From assembly GCF_001194135.2 (NCBI RefSeq), contig NC_068982.1, positions 52,757,235-52,821,234 on the forward strand: DNA of 64,000 nucleotides, in the 5' to 3' direction. Below are positions 11,938 to 24,492 of the stretch, one piece after another. The notes below the pieces were generated by a model, which was given only the letters and a program-made list of their open reading frames with translations, did not search any database and had not been told where the DNA came from. Origin of the DNA: Octopus bimaculoides. Taxonomy: Eukaryota. The translations under genes were made by a program, and so were the position numbers. Numbering within the stretch: the stretch's first letter is position 1; each line of letters begins with the position of its first letter.

Positions 11938-12325
11938 TTATTCTTTTATTCTTTTATTCTTTTACTTGTTTCAGTCATTTGACTGCGGCCATGCTGGAGC
12001 ACCACTGTTAGTCGAGAAAATCGACCTCAGGACTTATTCTTTGTAAGCCTAGTACTTATTCTATCGGTCTCTTTTGCCGAACCGCTAGGTTACTGGGATG
12101 TAAACACACCAGCATCGGTTGTCAAGCGATGGTGGGGGGGGACAAATACAGACACACAAACATACACACACACATACATACATACATATATATATATACT
12201 TATATACGACGGGCTTCTTTCAGTTTCCGTCTACCAAATCCATTCACAAGGCTTTGGTCGGCAGTGGGACTGAACCCGAAACCATGTGGTCGGTAAGCAA
12301 GCTACTTACCACACAGCCACTCCTT
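11938..12325 (-). mobile_element. Full-length tRNA-derived SINE, family B, with internal (TA)/(TG) microsatellite
   Basis: Minus strand: A box TGGCTGTGTGG, B box GGTTCAGTCCC, body gtagacggaaactgaaagaagcccgtcg, internal microsatellite, 3' half ending gtggtgctccagcatggccgcagtcaaatgactgaaacaagt(aaaaga)n. Confidence 0.92.
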
Positions 12326-12519
12326 GTGGAACAGCAGCAGGTTCCTAGGCATGCAAGTCTTCTCTATCCATGTCACTGATTGGACCAAGAAAAGGTCAAT
12401 GACTGATACTAAGTTAGACGTTGCTGTCAGAACGCAAATACCTGAAACAGATACCGCAAAACATCGCTTTCTGACGTCCTAGGACTTCTACCAATCGCCC
12501 ATCGTAGGTTGCTACATTT

Positions 12520-12640
12520 TTGTTAAAAAGCGACAGAGTTGATCTCGGCCGATTTTGAACCCAGGGTGCAGAGAGTTGGCACAAATACTGCCACGCGAGA
12601 GCTCTATCCAACGACATGAGGATGCTATCGAGTCGCACTT
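12520..12640 (-). mobile_element. Degraded SINE head (family A-like)
   Basis: Minus strand ctgggttcaaaatcggccgagatcaactctgtc resembles the family A B-box region. Confidence 0.45.
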
Positions 12641-13264
12641 TCAACAATAATGAATAATTTACTTAGTTTTACTACAACACACAATTACAAGCTAATTAAT
12701 AAGTATGGAGCGTGTGAAAAAAAAACAAAAAAACTTGAAATATATTATATATTTTCATCTTTGCTAAATTACTATTTCTGGTGTCGTATCGATGGAAGCA
12801 AACACACTTCTTATAAGTTGAGTCATTACTAACGCAGTCTTATCCTTTAACTTAAAATCCTAAGATGTTATCTGCAAGAAGTAACATATGTACATTAGAG
12901 ATAAATCCTTGAGACACTAATCTGGGATATTAATCTAATGTAGGATCATCAGAATCGTTGGCTTCCCCGAAGAAACGTGGTCTTCTGTACAGAGTCATTT
13001 GAATAATACATCTGATCACGCTAACATGAGCAAATTTTGAGCGCAATGCATACACGTGCGCGCACACTCACACACACACACGCTCACACAAAACAGACCC
13101 GTACAAGTATACAAGTACACACATACGCACGCATACACGCATGCATACATATAGCATGAACATATATGTTGTTTGTACCTAATTTTGTGAATACGCGGAT
13201 ACTTACGATACACACATATATGTAGGTGTGTATGTATTAATGTGTATGTGCATGTATCTGTTCA

Positions 13265-13313
<49 letters not shown>

Positions 13314-13415
13314 NNNNNNNNNNTGTGTAGAACATTGTATTTTCCGAGGCATGAAACTTATAGTAGCTCGTAGATAAATATTGTTTATATGTATGTGCAT
13401 GTGTGTATGCGCGCA

Positions 13416-13462
<47 letters not shown>

Positions 13463-13789
13463 ATTTTGGTTACTAGCTTGTGGTATATATGCTATTAGAG
13501 GAAAATTATGAGACAAGGAGGAGACAAACACAGTTAATACGTAAGCTCAGGCAAGTGAAAAACGTGGTTATAAGAGAGTAAAAATACGATACGAAACGAT
13601 AACAAGAATATGTAAAATGAAAATAAATGCATCAAAAAAAGTGGACGGAAATATAAGATTTCGAGTGATGCCCTATATCAATCAGAAGGAAAGGAAATAA
13701 AAGACAGGCCAGAGAATAGGTAAAAGAAATGATACTGAATTAACGACCTCTGTTTCGATGCTAGTCATAGTAAACATAAATATATCCTT

Positions 13790-13990
13790 TATTTTTTACT
13801 TGCTTCTTTCAATAGAGTGTAACCCACGCCGGGGTATCGAGTTGGAGAGTTCAGTCCACCATATCGACTCTGTACTTATTTGTGTAAAGCCTGTCATTTA
13901 TCGCTCTTTTTTGCTGAACTACTAAAGTACGGGGACGTAAACAAACCGATACATGTTGTCAGATGGTGAGTGGAGCGCACACATATACAA
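13790..13990 (-). mobile_element. SINE family B 3' half, degraded, running into (CA)/(GA) tracts
   Basis: tcgactctgtacttatt...ctaaagtacggggacgtaaacaaaccga matches family B. Confidence 0.65.
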
Positions 13991-14063
13991 GGACACACAC
14001 ATGCACGCACACGCACACACACAGGCACACACGCACGCAGAGAGAGAGAGAAAGAGAGAGAAC

Positions 14064-14096
<33 letters not shown>

Positions 14097-14108
14097 NNNN
14101 NNNNNNGT

Positions 14109-14165
<57 letters not shown>

Positions 14166-14514
14166 TACTCAACACATTTAGTAGGAGTTACGTAAACGAA
14201 AGCCTGAATGAGCTAGGTTTCTGTAAAGAAGAGTGCGGAATTTTAAATCACATGGAGCCGAATCAAAATGTTTTAAATACTACTACTACTACTAATAATA
14301 ATAACTCTGTGTGTGTGTGTGTGTGTAGTGTAGAGTAGTGTATTGTTCCGTTGATCGTAGTATCAGAGACCGGCTTTATTTTGTTTTGAGTCTGAATGGT
14401 TGTTTGATTGGTTTATGGTTTATGGTATATATGCTATTAGTGTAGCATCTATTCCCTTATGTGCAACAGCACTGCGCAGGGAAAACAAAATTCAATTATG
14501 AGTTATAAGCAGCA

Positions 14515-14799
14515 CTAAAAATATAAACATTATCGATACCACATATCGTTTATGCCTTCCGGGGTGTCTCAATTACACAGTATAGAGGAGCTGCAAAATT
14601 ACACCGAAATATCGATATCCACTGTTCTCGATCATTCATAAGACGAATTGTCTCACCTGATTTGATTATTAAATATTTTGGTTTTTCAACACTCTGCGTC
14701 TTTAAGTGACATTTCGTCTGGCGTTGTTCCGCTGTTAAGAAGCGAATTAACAAAACACATACAGTAATTATGCGGTATCGATAATGTTTGCATTATTAG
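14515..14799. mobile_element. MITE-like element with about 30-bp imperfect terminal inverted repeats
   Basis: aaacattatcgataccacata (14525-14545) vs reverse complement of tatgcggtatcgataatgttt (14769-14789): 20/21 identical, extending imperfectly outward; no ORF; TSD not resolved. Confidence 0.65.
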
Positions 14800-14804
14800 A
14801 GTTA

Positions 14805-14965
14805 CTTGTCTTTATGTTCTGAGTTCAAATTCTGCCGACGCTGGCTATGCATTTAATTTTCTCAGGGTCGATAAAATAAATACCTGTTGAGTACAGAGTT
14901 CAATGTAATCGACTAATCCACTCCCCTGAAATGCTGGCCTTTTGTCAAACCTTAAAAGCATCATT
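14805..14965 (+). mobile_element. SINE family A, 5'-truncated
   Basis: gttctgagttcaaattctgccgac...gggtcgataaaataaatacc...tgtaatcgac...gctggcc. Confidence 0.75.
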
Positions 14966-16008
14966 AACGTTGCTTGTAATTCATACTTTAATATATGTGT
15001 TCAAATGTGTATATGAATGTATATCAATGAGAGAGGGGTGAGGGAGATGAAATAACTTAAGAATGGAACAAAAATGCGAGTCAATTATTTTAGCATGTGA
15101 AATATGTTCATTTATCTGAGGAATTGTTGCTGCTAGATCTTGAATCTTCTATGTTATAAATGTGTGTTTCAGTGTAACTTTCAGTTTTTAATGACACTTC
15201 GACGTATTTTTCATCTAAATATCCTTCATTGGCTTGCTGATTTTTCTATGGTCAATTATGCAAAACGGAATTTGTTTTTAGGATAATTTCCATTATACAT
15301 AATATATACATTGTTCATTTGTTATGTGACACTAGAATTACTAGGCTTTACATCAAAATTACAAGCCTGTATATAAGTTTGTATAATTTATGTAATTTAT
15401 GTAACTAATTATCTCAGTGTTTTGTACGTGTTAAATTTGCAAAAATTGTTTTTACATTCGATGGGTATTTAACTTTACTTACGTCGCTTACGCCACAGGA
15501 AAACACAGTATCTGACTTCTCTTTTACCTGAAGGCAATTGAGCTAATCCTTCATTGATTTAATATGGCGTTCCATTTAACGTACTTGTAAGTGAAATAAA
15601 TACTTTATCAGTTTTCCCCATTTTCTTATAAATCCATTCTATATATAAAAAAAAAGTAGCTGATTTAATAAATTCTTGCGCCTCTGGTAGTTTGTCTCTG
15701 AAATTCGATGTAGGACTATGTCTATATAGTACAAAAAAAATTGTATATAAAATTTATTTTCTGAAAATTGCATTTAATATTGCTCAGAATTTCCTGGGGA
15801 TCTTAGCAACAATTTAGTGGCAAGTATTTCAGCAGGTTAACTTACAATCAAGCTACTCAGCGCATGACATCAGACATTCTGTAGTGGCGTAGGCTGAAAG
15901 GTGCACACGGCTGAAGAAGTAAACAGCTCGTTGCAGTTTTGCTTGTCAGTTAGCTTCCTGGAAAATGTCGTTCATCACTTTACTGTGCTTTGTATGTACA
16001 CGCACGCG

Positions 16009-16046
<38 letters not shown>

Positions 16047-16184
16047 CACACACACGCACAAAGAAATATATGGAAAGCTTATCTTCAGACATATACACAC
16101 ATACGTATGTGTATGTATTGTATACACATGCACATGTGTTTGTAATTATGTACTTATATATGTATAGAAGGAATATAATATATT

Positions 16185-16204
16185 TGTTTTATTATATTTT
16201 TCAG
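16185..16204 (+). promoter_or_regulatory. 3' splice acceptor (T-rich tract + CAG), phase-1 intron within the Gly codon of GD
   Basis: ttttattatatttttcag|gtgac; the same T|GD junction position as I recall for vertebrate RASD1/2. Confidence 0.85.
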
Positions 16205-16752
16205 GTGACTTGTTTATCCTCGTCTATTCTATCGACAGCCGAGAGTCTTTTGAAGAAGCTATACGACTACGAGAACAAATTCTAGAATGTAAAGGTCACT
16301 GTGCAGGTTTAAAGAGTCAAAAGACTTTGGATATCCCAATGGTTATTGTCGGTAACAAAGCTGACAAAGAAAGTGAAAGGGTTGTCGAAGCCTCAGAAGT
16401 GACTAAGCAGATAGAAGGACAGCATGGCTGCGCTTTCGTTGAATCATCAGCAAAAAAGAGCGTTAATGTTGATGAAGTATTTCTACGTTTATTTGAAATT
16501 GCTAAACTCCCTTCAGAAATGAGTCCATCAATGCACCGCCGAGTTCAGCCAACATACATTGGTTCAACTAGTGGTAACAATCAAAGAAAAGGAATGTCTA
16601 TTCGACGAAAAATGAGTGATGCTTGTGGAACTGTTGCACCAAATGTACGTAGACCAAGTATTAGAACTGACCTGCTTGTTGCTCAGACAAGGACAGGGCG
16701 CACTAAAACCTCACCAGATGGAGCACGTGAATCTAAATGTCTGATACAGTGA
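16205..16752 (+). CDS. RASD1/RASD2: Terminal coding exon of a RASD-family small GTPase (Dexras1/Rhes-like); 5' exon lies outside the window or was not detected
   Basis: After ttttcag| the frame reads (G)DLFILVYSIDSRESFEE...QILECK...IPMVIVGNKAD (G4)...FVESSAK (G5)...AKLPSEMSPSMHRRV...DACGTVAPNVRRPSIRTDL...CLIQ*. The AKLPxEMSPxxHR and APxxRRPS blocks and the CaaX end are hallmarks of RASD1/2. The TTG start in the ORF track is not a real start. Confidence 0.95.
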
Positions 16753-18374
16753 TCTATTTGACAAGAACTGTTTTTTGTTTCCATTTTGAAAAGCAAATTA
16801 TAATTTCATTGAAAACTGGAATTCTGACAGGAAACTTTGCCTATAATATTCTCTCGTTTGTACGGATTGGAACAATAAGCAAATACTTCCTTTTAACTTG
16901 TTCTGTGCACGTAAATATTCCTGAACAGATTAGAAATATAACTCAACATACAGAGCTGATTTTCTGTTGAAAGTGACACATTGAAGTATATGTTTTTAAA
17001 CGTTTTGTATTATTTTGTAGATTGCTAGATCGGCTGTATTTTTCATCAACTGGTTGATATATTTTTATTTATTCATCTATTTCTACTAGAAAAGTAATTT
17101 AAACAAGTCTCAATTGTAGTTTGAATTTCTGAGTACTAAAAAAAACTATTTTCAAATATTTCGTCACCGCTCAGGTGGTTTTGTATCACTTTCAATAATG
17201 TAATTCAGATACATGTGAATTAATAAGTTTAAAGGGCTCACAATTTTTAATATTCAGGATTTCAGATTAGAAAGCAGACTTTATAAATACTTATTGCCAA
17301 AGTTAATTCATTAAAAACTATATGAAAACATGTGATTTCCTTACCTTTATAAGTGGATACAATAGCAAATTTAATAATTTAAATACATTTCAGATCATAT
17401 CAGGAATTGAAAGTTAAAGACATCGTTGAACTTTATCACTCATTATCTACAAGGAGCTCACAAAGTAAAGCTGCTCCAGTTTCCACTCTAGCGATGATAA
17501 CATTTCTTTCTTGTCTATTTATTTCTTCTGAAACATTCTATCAATTCCTGCCTTAAATTCATCCGCCGTTTTCACATCCAAACACACTACTAGAAGTGTT
17601 CTCAACCACTTACCAAACTGTGAGAAAAATGTATAAGTATTCTTCCACCAGCCAAATCCTGTTTCATTTTATTTAAATTTTACCTTTATAAACTGCAAGA
17701 GAGAAATATTTTTCTTAAAGAATTTAAACCCACTTATGCATGTCATCCATGCAGAATCTCGGATAACTAATGAGGAATCCTATTATATTCAACTAGGTCT
17801 TTATAAAACACAATACAAAAGCGCTGCATTATGGGTGTCTTTCTATTTTGGCTACTTATATAATCACTAACAATTTTGCTTAAAGCAATACTATTTTTTT
17901 AAGAGAAACACAGGTAATAATCTGAAAACATTAATTCTGAAGACACTGGCATTTTCTTTTATAATAAATGCATAAATTATGAAGAGAACAGCTGGAATCC
18001 ACAGACATTTTCTATTTTACTTAGTTGGCCTTTTGCAGTTTATTTCTTAGATTCTTTGTTAGTCGGGCGCAAATATAATTTTCTCAAAACATTACTGCAC
18101 ATTTGAACCCTGACACTACTAGTGTTTGTGGCAGGGATGTAGCATTCGTCGACATTAAGAGAGTCAACAACCGGACATTCTGCTCATAAATTTCCTTTTT
18201 TCCATTGTTTGATTTTCATCTTCATAATCTAATGACAGTCGAACATCTTTCTTACTAACGGTGATTTTATACGACACAGTGTCAAATGACAGACACATTG
18301 ATATAAATTATACTTACAGACATTTACAAATTTACTATGTGTACACACAAAGAGAGAGACTGGGAAAGAATAAA
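16753..18374 (+). other. Probable 3' UTR of the RASD gene with candidate polyadenylation signals
   Basis: Repeat-poor AT-rich stretch after the stop; AATAAA at 17963-17968 and 18369-18374. The true end cannot be fixed without transcripts. Confidence 0.45.
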
Positions 18375-18704
18375 GTATAACAATATGTGAATACACAAAT
18401 ACAGATTCTCGCATTATATACATGGACTCCAAGTATGAGAATTAGGTGTGGTATATTTTTCTAATACAGAACACAATCCAATAACTTTAACATTATGAAC
18501 TCCCATAACGAGAGAGTTTTTTTCCTTAATGACGGAAATATTGGGACTAATCCATTCCACCTTTACAGTTTATCACTGTTATACAATATTATTTTAATGT
18601 TAACATCATTATTATTATTTTTATGTTTTCGTTTCTTGAAATATTATTTTCCAGTTCTATTTGATATTGTAACGGGGATGATGAACTTTTTTCTATAAGC
18701 TACC

Positions 18705-18822
18705 CAAATGAGGATGAGAATGTTGTTGTTGATGATGATGATGATGATGATGATGATGCTGAGGAGGAGGAGGAGGAGGAGGAGGAGGAGAAGGTTGCTG
18801 TTGTTGCTGTTGTTGTTGTTGT

Positions 18823-18856
<34 letters not shown>

Positions 18857-18930
18857 AATGATGATGATGATGATGAGCTTGCTAGTGGTGGTAATGATAA
18901 TGGTGGTAATGGTAATGATGATGATGACGA
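18705..18930. repeat. Compound trinucleotide microsatellite (GAT/GAG/GTT/GGT)
   Basis: Direct reading; generates spurious poly-M/R/L/S/I ORFs. Confidence 0.97.
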
Positions 18931-19755
18931 CGCCAAGTGAACTACATTTCTTTGAGTTCACTAGTGACAAATCCATCATCAAATTTTACAGCCTAGATTG
19001 AACTTAGACAGTTTGATATTAGTTGCAAGTAATATAAAAAAAATGTTGTGGAGGTAAGAAGTATATCTTAATGGTATATTTAATAATCAATTATTGTCAT
19101 TTATTAAACAGTTTCATTATCAATAGTTGTGTTTCGAGTAATTATTTGTTGTAACTGGCACGAATATCAAGCATCGTAGAATCTCTCATTGAGTGACAGG
19201 ATACGAGTTTGGATTGTGTGAATGTGTGTGAGACGTCGTGAGTGGAGAGAGTGTATATTACAGAGCACCAGATGAAAAACGTACGTCGTGACTCCAGAGA
19301 TAATTATACCAGTCTCGTTAATCATGAATATACTCTATTCAAATGAAATCTTGAGACAAGTTTCAAATTTAGTATAGCAACAGAGACGATGATAAAGTAT
19401 ATGTAGTTATAAAGTTCATTTCGCAATCATTTGGGCCATCGATAGATGTGTAGCATATTAAGGAAATATCTTCTACCATAATTGGGGTCGAAGCCCTCTG
19501 AATGAACTTTTCTAGAAGCGTGTATATGTGTGTGTGTATGTGTGGGTATGTGCGCGTGTGCGTGTACGTGTGAAAGTATATTAAATAGACAGCGCTTGTT
19601 CTTGAGGGGCAAATTTAATCTTATGATATATGGGATAAAACTTATGGCCTGAAGGAGCGCATATACTGAGTAAAACTTCTCTTAAAATCATTGGCTGTGA
19701 GACCTGTAAACTTCCTTGGATTACCATTAAACGAAGTGAAACTACATATACAAAT

Positions 19756-19846
<91 letters not shown>

Positions 19847-21057
19847 CACACACTCATAAACACACACACACACACACACACATGCACACCCTCTCTCTAT
19901 CTGAATGTCTGTTTGTCTCTCAAAGAAAGAGAGAAAGAGAGAGAGAGAGAAAGAGACTGACAGAGGGAGAGAGAGAGAGAGAAAAGCACATACATCTATC
20001 GTAAAATCGTATCAGTTTTTGGTAGTTGCAGCAGTAGTCTTTGAAGACCGTAGGTATATATTATTTTTTCTGTTAGAGCAATCAGCAGCTTATGATACCA
20101 CCCTCAGTCGTAGCAGGCTCACCCATTAGCAGTCAGAAGCTAGTCAGCAGTGGCCCTTCCTGTAACAGTCACTGGAAGTCGATATTAGCTATTCCACTCT
20201 ATGATAAAAATCACCCGATGAGAAGGAGTTTCATTTATCCAGTGGTAACAAGCCTTACTTGGAACTTGTGGAAAGCTTGTTACTCAGAACTAAGCATTAT
20301 ATAACTATACATAAGCATTATGTATATAATGTATATAAGCATACATTACATAAGTATACATAAGCATTATATAAGTATACTTTATATAAGTATAAGTATA
20401 TACAAATTCACAAACACACACAAACACACACACACTGTCTATTTGTCTGTTTGTCTCTTACAGAAAGAAAGAGGGAGAAAGAGAGACAGACAGACAAAGG
20501 GACAGAGAGAGAGAGAAGCCCAGACATATATACATATATAGAACCACAAATTGTTTTAGAATGTATTGTATGAAAGTGCATAGGGTGTAAAGCATGGAAT
20601 CGCATACGTAATACCAGTGTTATGGTATATNNNNNNNNNNNNNNNNNNNNNNNNNNNNNNNNNNNNNNNNNNNNNNNNNNNNNNNNNNNNNNNNNNNNNN
20701 NNNNNNNNNNNNNNNNNNNNNNNNNNNNNNNNNNNNNNNNNNNNNNNNNNNNNNNNNNNNNNNNNNNNNNNNNNNNNNNNNNNNNNNNNNNNNNNNNNNN
20801 NNNNNNNNNNNNNNNNNNNNNNNNNNNNNNNNNNNNNNNNNNNNNNNNNNNNNNNNNNNNNNNNNNNNNNNTATATATATTAATATGTTAAAAGTTAAAT
20901 TTTCAGTGCGTCATTATTCGATTCTATGCTAACTAGAGGAAATAATAGGATGATTACCTTTCCTTACCATCAAACCTGGTGCATAATTTTAAAACTGAAA
21001 AGTTATTCCCTATGCGTATACATTTGTGTGTGTGTGTATGTATATATATATACACAC

Positions 21058-21088
<31 letters not shown>

Positions 21089-23227
21089 GGTAGCTACACA
21101 CACTCACACACACATACGTATCTATATGCGTGTGTGTGTAGTTAACGATGTCTGCACCCATTTGTATGTATATGAATATATTTTAATATACTTTGTGTAG
21201 TGTAGTTCATACATGCAAATTCAGTATACGTTCTTACATTTGCATATGCTAATCCCCATAATTTTGGCAATGTTCAAACTGACTCTAATCCATGCATTAC
21301 TTAAATTTGAATTAGCTGAAAATTAAGCCAAACCCTGCCAGAAGTTATAACATCGTCTCTTCTGTTAATGAGTGATTTGCCTAGATCCTATAAATTCTAT
21401 CTCATTCGTATAACTGATTTATAGACATTTCATTAATAGCTTTATGTCAGAGCTGGTCGATCAAACCTACCAACAAATAGTTTCCAACCGTCACCATCCA
21501 GTAATATACTCCAGACACAATGTAACTACAACTACTATATTGAGAAGGTAGTTCTTTTTGTTTAAGGTTACGGTATGATCTGACAATTATTCGGCGGTTA
21601 ATTCTTGGAGAAATAGAAGTTTCATCGTTTTAATTCAATAACAGTATATATTGTTGGTAATTTTGCTGTCGTCACTTTTGCATTTAATTCTTCATCTAAT
21701 TTGATTTAAAATTACCCTGATAAATTATTGCAGCGTCCACATCAGCTTGATAAATGAAATTCTGCAAATCATTTCAAACCGTTTAAATGTCTCCAAATTT
21801 ACAGAAGTGATAAAAGGGATATTGTGTAATTTTGATATCTCGAATGAAGAATTTCAGTGACTTCAAGTGAAATGTATTTTATTGGGAATATAAACTAGGA
21901 CATTCATTTGATTTATCGGAAGCTTATCTCCATTTTACCGAGCATTTCCAGGTAGTGATGGATCGCTTAGGAGTCCGTTTCATGTCTTGTCTCCAACTCG
22001 CTTCATCAGTTGGGAACAGCCTCTATTAAAGATGAATGTCCCACCTTAGTATTCCTTAGACTCTGAGCTATATTATCTATAAACTGTATAAAAATCGCTT
22101 CCATGATGAAATAAATCAGGAAGCTATGATTGAAGAATGCACTAAATTAGAATATAAATGTGTTTTCCACAAAGAGACGTTGTCAATTTTAGTAACTCAT
22201 TATCATATATATTTCTTCATACGGAGAGCACATAATCAATTTTCTTTCTAGGCTTTTAGAGTTTTATCTTTATTTTATTAATATTTGAAGTGTATTATGA
22301 TTTAGCTTTCAAACTTGATAGTAAGAAATCAATTTATCAGATGTTAGCTATAAATGAAGTAGATATATTAATAATGCAAAAGTCAATAGGTTTATTGACA
22401 TTGAAAATAAATATTTCCAAAGTGAAACAAAACCCCAAACAACAAGCTGACTAACTTTTTGCTTTGTATTTTCAAGGCTGGTACAAGAAGAGGTTACTGC
22501 TATTGAATACTACCAAAAGTAATTCTATATATTGTTTTGTATTCAGTCAAAAGTTATGTTGTTTTGTTTTCAGTCCTTTCAGATGCGGGCAATATAGTTG
22601 GAAAAAAATCTGAGAAATAAATAGATTGGAAGAAAGGGATGAGGAAGAGAGGAATTATTATATTCTTTGTATCTATGACACAAAGGTATTCTCTTAGATA
22701 CAAGGGGTTTCATATTTATAACTGCTTTTCATGTTTTTCAGGTGCATATTATATGTTCGCGCATATATACACACATTCCATATTTATCTATGTAAATATG
22801 CGGGTGTGAAGAGTGCACAAAGATAATCAGAGTACTGTGTACATAATATAGAATGAAATATCTAATAATGTTAGCAATTCATTTACTCGTTGACGCGAAT
22901 AAGTTAAGGGAGGAGAATAAACTCGTTGCATACTAGTTTGGGGCCGAATTATATCACTTGAGCTGGCTAAAATTAACAAGGTGGAAGAATTCTGATACAA
23001 TGGATATTGCCATTGTATATGGTTGGGAGATAATTCATTATATTCAACTGTTGAATTTAAGAGAAGGGAAATCGGATGGGAAAAAAGTATAAGGAATAAA
23101 GCCTAAGCAAAGAGATAATGACACTAGGGAAAGTATAAAAGTTAGAGTTGAACTCATTCAATATAAATGTATACTCAGAGTATATATTATTGAATAAAAT
23201 ATTTAGTAGTGTTAGTAATTCCGGTTA

Positions 23228-23746
23228 CATGTGCACCAGAATTAGATATATTTGTTAAATATAAATAGTTTGAGGGCGAGTTTTGTCCCGTGGGCTAGAT
23301 AAAAATAACATAGTTGAAGAGATGGGATACAATGGTACAAAAGCAACTGTGCACTATTCAATCTGAGATCAGAAGTCATTGATATACGTCGTCCTTGCGA
23401 TAAATATTTGCTAAAAAACAGGTTTCATATAGTTAAGAGTTCTGATATAACTGGATTGGAAGCAATACATCATATTAAATAGCTAAAGAGAGAGGAGGTC
23501 GATTGGGAAAATTTTTTATCAGGACTCTTAACTAAATGAAATCATGACTTATCAGTTTTTTAGCAAATATTTATCGCAGGGACGACGTATGTTAATCATT
23601 TCTGAGCTCAGATTGAATAGTGCGCAGCTGTTTTTGTACCATTGTATCCCAACTCTTCAACTATGTTATTTTTAGCTAGCCCACGGGACAAAACTCGCCC
23701 TCAAACTATTTATATTTAACGAATATATCTAATTCTGGTGCACATG
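23228..23746. mobile_element. Foldback/MITE with about 220-bp inverted arms, TA target duplication (Tc1/mariner type)
   Basis: TA|catgtgcaccagaattag... (23228-23447) is the reverse complement of 23517-23746 (...ctaattctggtgcacatg|TA), by eye about 90% or more identical with one indel of about 10 nt; about 70-bp spacer. Confidence 0.9.
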
Positions 23747-24492
23747 TACCATTTTGTATAATTTATATATTCCGATGGTCATAAACTTTATGGTGAGTGC
23801 TGCAACGCATTTTTTGAGGTCCAAAACATAAGTTTTCTTATATTCCGATTTTTTATGTTCCCGAAGGAAGAATTGTGGTTGAAGTGTCTTTGAATTTACC
23901 TTCACGACACCTACATTATGTCTATACACTATGTTTAGACTTGCTTTCGGTATTGATATCAAGCGGTTGATAATTGCTTCTATACTGCTTCAACGAATAC
24001 AAAGATGCATTTATATTGTGGCATATGCAGATATCATTAGCAGTTATTTTTGTGGGATTACCTTTTATTTAGCTTTTTTTCTTATATTTGTAGTAGAGCT
24101 ATGATTCAATTTTAGTTTTATTTATTGTTTAATATCCTACATTGGCGAGTAAGAGGCGGAAGCTGTTTTAAGGCTAGGAAATCTTCAACTATGTTAAATG
24201 TAATCTTTAATAATAAAGAAGTCATATGGCAAATAATATCGTAGCGACTTTCCTTGTTAGCGTATGGTAGAGTGGTTAGCAGTGGATTTAATATCATCTT
24301 TGAATTCACTAGTTTTTAGTGCTTTATCACATTAGGATGCAAGTTTGAAGAAAATTTCTTCATTCGATAACAGTTCTGAGATTTTTCTGCTATTATTTAG
24401 GCTTTTGAAAACCATTTAATACTTCACAACGTTTCCTTGGCTTTATTTGAAAGCGTAAATTTTGGGGTTATTTCTTAATAAGTTGAAATTTA

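Noticed and set aside
18644-19001. Poly-M/R/L/S/I ORFs
   Set aside because: Translations of a compound trinucleotide microsatellite.
21985-22015. Minus-strand CTGATGA...GAAAC spacing
   Set aside because: No stem II or stem I pairing.
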